55,142 bases of DNA. Source: an uncultured Oligoflexus sp. (GTDB lineage Bacteria; Bdellovibrionota_B; Oligoflexia; Oligoflexales; Oligoflexaceae). The stretch is from assembly GCA_964236955.1 (NCBI GenBank), contig CAXSGP010000019.1:1-55142 (forward strand), read 5' to 3'. Below, in pieces: positions 48,556-55,142 of the stretch. The position numbers were made by a program, and so were the translations under genes. Position 1 is the first letter of the stretch. Each line of letters begins with the position of its first letter. Under the pieces are notes generated by a model, which was not told the DNA's origin, did no database searches, and was given only the letters and a program-made list of their open reading frames with translations.

Positions 48556-49655
48556 AGGCGCTCTACTCCCCTGGTGCTCATCAAAGTTTTTTGTCGCAGG
48601 TAATGATCCATCACCGTGAGCAGGGCCATCGCTTCGACCATCGGCACGGCCCTGGGCAGGACACAGGGATCATGCCGGCCTCCCTGCGGTTTGACGATCT
48701 GTTCCCTGCCTTCGCGGTCGACCGTCTGCTGGTCCTTAAATATCGTCGCAACGGGTTTGAATCCGATTCGCATGCTGATCGTCTCGCCATTGCTGATGCC
48801 GCCCTGAATACCGCCGGAACGATTGCTGGCGGTGCGAATTTTGCCTTCCTTGACGACGAATGCATCATTATGCTCCGATCCGAAGAGGTAGGAACCGGCA
48901 AATCCCGAACCCACTTCAAAGCCTTTGCTCGCCGGAAGACTCAGCATCGCCTTAGCCAGATCCGCCTCGAGTTTGTCGAACACCGGTTCGCCAAGTCCAC
49001 CCGGACAGTTGTAGATAAAACAGGCGATGCTGCCACCGACGCTGTCACCAAGCTTTTGCGCGTCCAGGATCAAGGCTTCCATCGCTCCTCGCTGGATTTT
49101 ATCGGGACAACGCAGGGGGTGCTCATCCACCTCTTCGCGGGTGATGGCGGCCGGGATATCGGCCTGAATATTCTTAACGCGATCCACGCAGGCAACCACT
49201 CTTAGGTCAGGTATCAAGGCATTTAGGACCTGCTCCGCAATCGCAGCTCCAGCGACACGGCCTATCGTTTCGCGCGCGCTGGCCCGACCCCCGCCACTGG
49301 GGGCTTTTACGCCATATTTTAGGTCGGTAGTGTAATCGGCGTGCGAGGGGCGATAGACCTGGGAGAGATCCGAATAATCGTTTTGCTTCATATCCTCATT
49401 GCGAATGAGGATTGTGATAGGAGTGCCAAGGCTTATCCCGTTGACCAGACCCGAGACACATTCCGCTCGATCTTTTTCGTTGCGTGGGGATGCGAGATGA
49501 CTTTGGCCAGGACGGCGCCTGTCGAGAAAAGCCTGGACCTTGGCCATATCAATTTTATGGGCCGGGGGGCAACCATCGATTATGACTCCAACAGCGCCGC
49601 CATGAGATTCACCAAAGCTGGTGATTCGAAAGAGTTGACCAAAGGTATTGCCCAT
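48552..49655 (-). CDS. aroC: chorismate synthase
   Basis: [43 protein letters not shown]. Confidence 0.97.
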   Translation of the reverse strand: MGNTFGQLFRITSFGESHGGAVGVIIDGCPPAHKIDMAKVQAFLDRRRPGQSHLASPRNEKDRAECVSGLVNGISLGTPITILIRNEDMKQNDYSDLSQVYRPSHADYTTDLKYGVKAPSGGGRASARETIGRVAGAAIAEQVLNALIPDLRVVACVDRVKNIQADIPAAITREEVDEHPLRCPDKIQRGAMEALILDAQKLGDSVGGSIACFIYNCPGGLGEPVFDKLEADLAKAMLSLPASKGFEVGSGFAGSYLFGSEHNDAFVVKEGKIRTASNRSGGIQGGISNGETISMRIGFKPVATIFKDQQTVDREGREQIVKPQGGRHDPCVLPRAVPMVEAMALLTVMDHYLRQKTLMSTRGVERL

Positions 49656-49746
49656 AATGAATACTCCCCCACATATAATTCAGCCTGTACTCTTCTACCA
49701 TATTTCATGGAAAAGCTAGGCTTATGCGAGGGACATTTCCTGTATT

Positions 49747-52700
49747 TTATCGATCGCCCTGGCTGATCAATGCGTCGAATCCTATCAAGGCGTACATCTC
49801 CCAATCTTTATTGAACTGTTGCCCAATTCCTATTCCGGCGTTGAGCTTTACGCCCTTAATGTCAGCGGTAAGGTCCAAATTGTAACCATGAGCCTTGATG
49901 GGTTGCACTCCGCGAGGGGAGAGGTTGTTTACCCAAGCGTTGCCGGCATTAAAGAATGCCGTAAAATCAAGACGTTGCAAATATACGATATGCACAAGTT
50001 TTGCTAGGTCGGGTATCAGGGGCAGGGTCCACGAAAAGTTGAATCGAGCCTGGGTATCACCATATTGCGCGGAGGTCAGATTTCCAGGACCAAAGATCGG
50101 CTGGTTAATTTCATTGAGACCTCCCCCACTGCCGGGAACATAAGTTCGGAGAGGACGATAGGCCTCCTTGAGAAGCTTTCGGCGTGGCCCCCTCACGCGG
50201 CTATAGGAAAGTCCCCAGTTCTGAATCGTCTGGCGACCGAAAAGGGAAAGTGGAATCGAAAGATTGGTGCCGATACCGGTCTGCTCGTAATCGAAGTTGC
50301 TGTTATCAAATTTGGTCGCCAGATTGCTGTTGAGGTAATAGCTCAGCGAGCTCCAGAAGAATTGATGGGATTTGCTCAGGCCTATGCCGGTCTCACGAAT
50401 ATAGCCTTTGGCAATTTGAGCCCAGACCAGATCATTGCCAAGGAAGGGGATGAGGTAGGATTGCTTGTAGGACAAACGCAGATTCAAATCGAGAGGATAG
50501 ATGGAGCGGTAGGCTGAGATCTGCGCGCCCCTCTCATCAAAATAATAGGTTTCGCCGGCATAAGTCCCGTTCCAGGTCTGTCGGCGAAAGAGGTCAAGCG
50601 ACCAGGTCGTCTCATAACGATTGCTCATGAGGTTTAGTTCCACATTGGGAAATCGACTTGCGGCCCCATAGAGAGCGATGACTTGAACGGTTTCGTTTTG
50701 CAGGTGATCCATCAGCGGGACGGAAAGAATACCGTACTGATAGCCGAGAGCGTCGATACCGATCCACGGAAATCCAAACACCGGGCGCGGCCTAAACGCT
50801 GAGGGCTCGGACTGCATCTTCGAGGCCAGGCCGGTTCCGAGCGGAGGCTGCGTGGCGATCTTCTGGGCATCGGCATCAATGCCGGTGGGCGACGCGGGTT
50901 TCCAGGGATTTCTTTGAGCCAGGATTTCTTTGAGGCTGGCGGTCGGATAACGCATAGAGGCCTGAAGAGGGGAGGAAGGTTCGTCGTGAGCGCGACAGGC
51001 GCTTCGTTTCGCAGGCAAATTGCTGGTGGAAAGCAGCAGAATGCCCTCCTGACGCCAAAGGCTCATGACCAACTGATCTTTGCTGTTGTTGAAAATTTTA
51101 TCGATCATGTTACCGACCAACTGCTCATCAAGACAGCGGCCGCGCGCATCAAAGCGGCGAAGAAAGTGAGCCGTGGCATCCGCATAGGCGATGGTCATGC
51201 CGCGTTGGTTGAAAGCTAGCGACAAGGCTTTACCGTGATAAGGATCGGTGAATTTACGAACTGCGAATGTATTGGCATCCCAGACGAGTATACTATTTTG
51301 ATCGCCAAGCAGAGTCTCACTGGATTTTTGCAGCCACAGCTCGGTAAGCAGTTCCTGGCCCTTGGCGTCTTTTTCATTGCGAGTTCCAAGAATGCGCAGG
51401 GCGCTTGGAAAAACAACGGGGGCCTGACACTTTATGGATTTATTGGAAACTTGCCTGCCGCTTTCGAAGATCGATCGCGCTAGAGTACAGATCTGTTGCA
51501 CTTCCAAATCCTCTTCCAGCCAGACCAGGTTCGAACGGGTCAGGAAAATGTCATGAACATAGCCATTGCGCCTGAAGAGGCGCTGGCGCTTGTGGTTTTT
51601 TTCCAGCCAAAAATAACGAAAAACATCTAGGTTTGAGTTGGAATCTCCGGTGAGATAGACAAACATATCGTCACGGACGATTCGTGGACCCACCATTTCC
51701 TCAGGCAAGGGCCGAACATTTTCGGTCGATGAAGCGGTCTGGCCTTCGAATTTTACTTTGGCTTCCTGCAGAGTATTGTCGTTATCCCGCGAGAGGACAA
51801 AGATCTCATCGTTACGGGTTTCAAAGAAATAACTCGAGTTGAAGCTGAGCGCCAGGCCCGCATGCAGGCCTTTTTGTGGGCTGGGCTTGGCTACCGGCGG
51901 CTTGCCTTCGACCCGCAGCCCATCCTTGTCGATTTGAATGTAAGGGAGATCAGCCCGGCTTTTCCAGTACTGTGTGGCCTGGGTTTTGTATTCTTCGTAG
52001 AGTTCGATTCCGGACTTTCCCGTCCAATCCTTGAGTGCGGCATCCATAGGCATGAATTTATTGAAGGGCACGAAGCTCCAGGGCCACCACCAGGGCATGC
52101 TGTAGTCATAGAAATTGTTGAGCACCTGGGGCAATTTGTCGGCATCGTAGGTACGAAGGAGGTAGGACACGAAGGCGCCGGAAATTGCGTAACCTATCGT
52201 CGAAAAACGAGTCCCATCATAGAGGGCATGAAGCTTGTCATAACTTGGCCAAGCACCAGTCATTGCATAGTTGCGTTCCATTCCATATTGAATATCGGAA
52301 CCGCCGGAAACGGCCATCGCCTCCGCCAGTCCTTCGATCCACCAGGCTGGCATCCAGGGCAGATGCACAATGCTACCGGCCGGACCAAACATATTATCGA
52401 GATGCCGATACATCGTGCTGTGTGTGTATTCGTGCCAGGCAAGGTCGCGCCCCCCGCGAGCCAGCGATTGCAGTTCAATGACATCGGTTATGAAGTTGGC
52501 GAAGGAGGCGTTTGAGGTCGTCGCCGACATGAGGACCGGCAAGGGCTTTTTACGTGAGACTCCGAGCCAGGCTTCAAGGCGCGGGCGGGCGGCTTCAAGC
52601 GATTCCAGAACGGCTTTGGCTTCATGCGGCGCTCTGTGGTCGTGGTAGACGATAAAGTTATTCGTCTTAAGTTCATCATACTCAAGATCGCCTTGATTCC

Positions 52701-52782
52701 GGCCAAAGCCAATGGGCAACGCTGAGGCCAGGGGGGCATCGAGGATCAAGAAGGCTATAACGAGCTTAACGTATACGCGCAC
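49747..52782 (-). CDS. secreted zinc-metallopeptidase domain, propeller-like region and putative Omp85-like beta-barrel
   Basis: Signal peptide; HEYTH..PAWWIEGLAE; C-terminal region with alternating aromatic strands (FTAFFNAGNAW, YALIGF). Confidence 0.65.
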   Translation of the reverse strand: MRVYVKLVIAFLILDAPLASALPIGFGRNQGDLEYDELKTNNFIVYHDHRAPHEAKAVLESLEAARPRLEAWLGVSRKKPLPVLMSATTSNASFANFITDVIELQSLARGGRDLAWHEYTHSTMYRHLDNMFGPAGSIVHLPWMPAWWIEGLAEAMAVSGGSDIQYGMERNYAMTGAWPSYDKLHALYDGTRFSTIGYAISGAFVSYLLRTYDADKLPQVLNNFYDYSMPWWWPWSFVPFNKFMPMDAALKDWTGKSGIELYEEYKTQATQYWKSRADLPYIQIDKDGLRVEGKPPVAKPSPQKGLHAGLALSFNSSYFFETRNDEIFVLSRDNDNTLQEAKVKFEGQTASSTENVRPLPEEMVGPRIVRDDMFVYLTGDSNSNLDVFRYFWLEKNHKRQRLFRRNGYVHDIFLTRSNLVWLEEDLEVQQICTLARSIFESGRQVSNKSIKCQAPVVFPSALRILGTRNEKDAKGQELLTELWLQKSSETLLGDQNSILVWDANTFAVRKFTDPYHGKALSLAFNQRGMTIAYADATAHFLRRFDARGRCLDEQLVGNMIDKIFNNSKDQLVMSLWRQEGILLLSTSNLPAKRSACRAHDEPSSPLQASMRYPTASLKEILAQRNPWKPASPTGIDADAQKIATQPPLGTGLASKMQSEPSAFRPRPVFGFPWIGIDALGYQYGILSVPLMDHLQNETVQVIALYGAASRFPNVELNLMSNRYETTWSLDLFRRQTWNGTYAGETYYFDERGAQISAYRSIYPLDLNLRLSYKQSYLIPFLGNDLVWAQIAKGYIRETGIGLSKSHQFFWSSLSYYLNSNLATKFDNSNFDYEQTGIGTNLSIPLSLFGRQTIQNWGLSYSRVRGPRRKLLKEAYRPLRTYVPGSGGGLNEINQPIFGPGNLTSAQYGDTQARFNFSWTLPLIPDLAKLVHIVYLQRLDFTAFFNAGNAWVNNLSPRGVQPIKAHGYNLDLTADIKGVKLNAGIGIGQQFNKDWEMYALIGFDALISQGDR

Positions 52783-53500
52783 GTGCTGCCTCGAGGTCTT
52801 GGGGTGTGTCGATACCGAGCGAGGGATTTTTGGCTTCAGTCACCGCAATGCTCAAACCGTTGCCGAGCGCACGGAGTTGCTCCAGGCTTTCGGCACATTC
52901 GAGAGGATGCTGCGGCAGCGAACAGAATTCCAAAAGGCCCTTTTTGGTAAAAGCATAAACGCCGATGTGCTGCCAGAAGGCTTCAAAATCTTCCGGCTCT
53001 CTATAATAGGGTAAAGGGGACCTGGAAAAATACATAGCCTTCCCTTTGTCATTGACCACAGCTTTTACACAATTGGCGTTTTGATAGTCGCTTTGGTGGC
53101 GATTGCGATAGACCATGGTTCCCATCGGGTCGTTGTCTTGCTCCATTTTGGTCAGGAGCAGCATCAGGTCATCGAGATTGACGAAGGGTTCGTCGCCCTG
53201 AACATTGAGAACCCTCGGGCGATCCGATTTCCGGGCGACCTCGGCACAGCGATCGGTGCCGCTTTTATGGGCTATATCGGTCATTTCAACGGGAACGCAA
53301 TGCTTTTGGCAAATATCCCAAATCTCCCTGTCATCGGTGGCAACGATTACGCTGGCACCCTTTTGGGCGAAGCTTTCCAGACGCCGATAGACACGCACTA
53401 TCATCGGCAAACCGCCGAGATCCGCGAGCGGCTTACGTGGCAGTCGGGTCGAATGCATGCGGGCCGGGATTACGATAAGCCATTGATTCCAAGTGATCAT
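52766..53500 (-). CDS. kdsB: 3-deoxy-manno-octulosonate cytidylyltransferase
   Basis: IPARMHSTRLPRKPL, VATDD, SGTDR, NVQGDEP, YFSRSPLP, HIGVYAF, LEQLRAL. Confidence 0.95.
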   Translation of the reverse strand: MITWNQWLIVIPARMHSTRLPRKPLADLGGLPMIVRVYRRLESFAQKGASVIVATDDREIWDICQKHCVPVEMTDIAHKSGTDRCAEVARKSDRPRVLNVQGDEPFVNLDDLMLLLTKMEQDNDPMGTMVYRNRHQSDYQNANCVKAVVNDKGKAMYFSRSPLPYYREPEDFEAFWQHIGVYAFTKKGLLEFCSLPQHPLECAESLEQLRALGNGLSIAVTEAKNPSLGIDTPQDLEAARARIR

Positions 53501-53570
53501 AGTCTGGTACTTTCCAAAGGGCATGAGGGGTTGGGGGTTCAAGGTTTCCCTGACAAAAGGGGGGAGGCGC

Positions 53571-53600
53571 TTGCCACTAGGGTGCTTTCGTTGATACTAT
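53571..53600 (+). promoter_or_regulatory. candidate sigma70 promoter for the sigma/anti-sigma pair
   Basis: TTGCCA-18 nt-TACTAT. Confidence 0.35.
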
Positions 53601-53657
53601 GTAACTATAATTCTACCTAGGCTGAAAAGCATATTAAGATTAGCGGGAGTGCTCGAG

Positions 53658-54110
53658 ATGGCCGAGAATGCTGCGCGTAGATATGATGCTGGAGCTGCTG
53701 CCTTCTTCGTGGAGACGCTCTGCCAGGACGCTGATACCCTATTACGCTTCGCCTTTGCCCTCTCTCTTAACGATGACTGGGCAACGGATCTGGTTTATAA
53801 AACCTACCAAAGCATACTGCCAAGGCTCCCCGAGTTGATCAAGAAGGACGGTAGCTTTATCCGTCAACTCTTGCTACGCCGGCTTTGGGAAGTCCATCAT
53901 GAGGTTGCGCGGGAAAGTGAGGCCTCGGACAACCCACTCTTTCCCTTCCTGAGACCCCTTGATCTTGAGACCCGGGCCTCGCTCTTTCTTTGCGATGTGG
54001 TTGGGCTTAGTATCGAAGAGGCGCTCGAAATTACTCCGATGGACGACACCGACCTGCGACGGCACCTCGCCACAGGCCGCAAACATTTGCTTGAATTTAG
54101 ATTTGAGTGA
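53658..54110 (+). CDS. degenerate ECF sigma-like protein
   Basis: LLRFAFALS..WATDLVYKTY (region 2-like); L..ETRASLFLCDVVGLSIEEA..LATGRKHL (region 4-like); GGGAG RBS. Confidence 0.7.
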   Translation: MAENAARRYDAGAAAFFVETLCQDADTLLRFAFALSLNDDWATDLVYKTYQSILPRLPELIKKDGSFIRQLLLRRLWEVHHEVARESEASDNPLFPFLRPLDLETRASLFLCDVVGLSIEEALEITPMDDTDLRRHLATGRKHLLEFRFE

Positions 54111-54122
54111 GGAAGCATTCGC

Positions 54123-54977
54123 ATGGCACAGAGCAAATCGACCTTGGGTGAAGCGGATTTCCTACGCAGTCATCTTTCCGAATATCTTGACGAAGGGCTC
54201 ACTTCGGCCAATCGGCAGAAGTTTGAAGACATCGCCAGGCGACTGAATATGGCTGAAGTCGCGACCGACTATGGCATCAAGCGTGGGCGTTTGCAGATCG
54301 AAGCTCAAAGGCTCTATCTGGACGAAAAAAAGATGCGCGCGATCCACGAACTCGTCGAGGATGATGCGGCCCGAGCCAATCATGAAGCCGCTGAGATCGA
54401 AGAGGTCGGCATGTCAGAGATGAAGGGCAACGCCTTTCGCTTTACTGCTTTGGCCGTTTTTTTCCTTCTCATCTTCGGCGGCCTTTACTACTTCTTTAAG
54501 CCGGAGACCAAACCCAGCTTTAACGCCCTTAATTCGCTGATTTATGAAGCGGATGTGATGAACGAGAATTCCGAAGGTCGATTAAACCTTCCGACCGACA
54601 GGATCGAGGAGATCAATCAATACTTCGCCAAGCTGCCTGCGCTAGGCTTTGAACCGAAACCTATGCGGGCTGTGCCTTCCGATTGGAAAGTCACCGGCGC
54701 GAGCATGATCGATTATGATGGCGCTAAGATCACGGTCACTCAGTTTCAGAACGTGACGACCAATGAAAAGCAATATCTCTTTTTCTTTGTCGGTAAACTC
54801 GAGCAACTGCCCAAGTCGGTTGCTGGAAATTCCAACGGTTTGGTCTTTCAATCCTACGGTTCGTCCAATCTCAATGTCATGGCCTGGGAGCCTGAACCCA
54901 ACGTCACGGGCATGATGATAGGTTACCGCAGCCCGAAAGAGCTTGCTGACTTTGCCCTCAAGATTCTTGATAACTAG
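54123..54977 (+). CDS. single-TM anti-sigma factor-like protein
   Basis: LSEYLDEGL..RQKFE N-terminus, one TM, periplasmic domain; directly downstream of the sigma-like gene. Confidence 0.7.
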   Translation: MAQSKSTLGEADFLRSHLSEYLDEGLTSANRQKFEDIARRLNMAEVATDYGIKRGRLQIEAQRLYLDEKKMRAIHELVEDDAARANHEAAEIEEVGMSEMKGNAFRFTALAVFFLLIFGGLYYFFKPETKPSFNALNSLIYEADVMNENSEGRLNLPTDRIEEINQYFAKLPALGFEPKPMRAVPSDWKVTGASMIDYDGAKITVTQFQNVTTNEKQYLFFFVGKLEQLPKSVAGNSNGLVFQSYGSSNLNVMAWEPEPNVTGMMIGYRSPKELADFALKILDN

Positions 54978-55142
54978 TGTCTGCCCGGAAAAGGCGATGG
55001 CTGCGTTTCATCGGCAGAAAAAAATGCTCATTTATGGAGAATAAACTCCGCTTTTTTTCTGCCTCGCGCCTTGCCATCCCCATTTCCGCGCAGCCCCTAA
55101 CGAGTGTCTGCCCGGAAAAGGCGATGGCTGCGTTTCATCGGC
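54976..55142. repeat. tandem 127-bp palindromic REP/MITE-like element; second copy cut by the window edge
   Basis: Identical 40-mer AGTGTCTGCCCGGAAAAGGCGATGGCTGCGTTTCATCGGC at 54976 and 55103; imperfect terminal inverted repeats; inner GGCAGAAAAA/TTTTTCTGCC stem. Confidence 0.8.

Noticed and set aside
54976..55142. 40-bp direct repeats as a CRISPR array
   Set aside because: The 87-nt intervening sequence is complementary to the repeat, forming one palindromic unit; only two copies are visible and there are no cas genes

Overview
Bacterial chromosomal window of mostly housekeeping genes. The gene content (TIGR02147-type HTH protein, delta-proteobacterial-style pil cluster, 7TM sensors with a DIFGIEKYLxWG motif) suggests Bdellovibrionota/Oligoflexia, which is an inference. 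In order: a short AT-rich accessory end with two hypothetical genes; a eukaryote-like cystathionine beta-synthase (CBS) with an unannotated 36-codon upstream ORF; pilMNOPQ-lipoprotein-TPR-aroQ; parA-like, pgeF and an ABC-F ATPase; an LNS2/lipin-like lipoprotein; pfkA-PaaI; a tandem pair of 7TM-REC-HATPase-like sensors; a GbsR-type regulator and polyprenyl synthase divergent from a menaquinone operon (menG, menF interrupted by an in-frame TAG, menD, menA, menC, menE, flavoprotein; no menB or menH); a complete trpEGDCFBA operon; a heme-c/propeller lipoprotein; degP; ribD; a TIGR02147 protein; kdsB, a metallopeptidase-Omp85-like protein, aroC and a DUF2914-like gene; a degenerate ECF sigma with an anti-sigma; and a tandem 127-bp palindromic repeat at the right edge. 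No rRNA, tRNA or CRISPR was found. The best candidates for new biology are the CBS leader peptide with a rut-like spacer and the complementary-degenerate sensor pair. All family calls come from motif recognition, not database searches.
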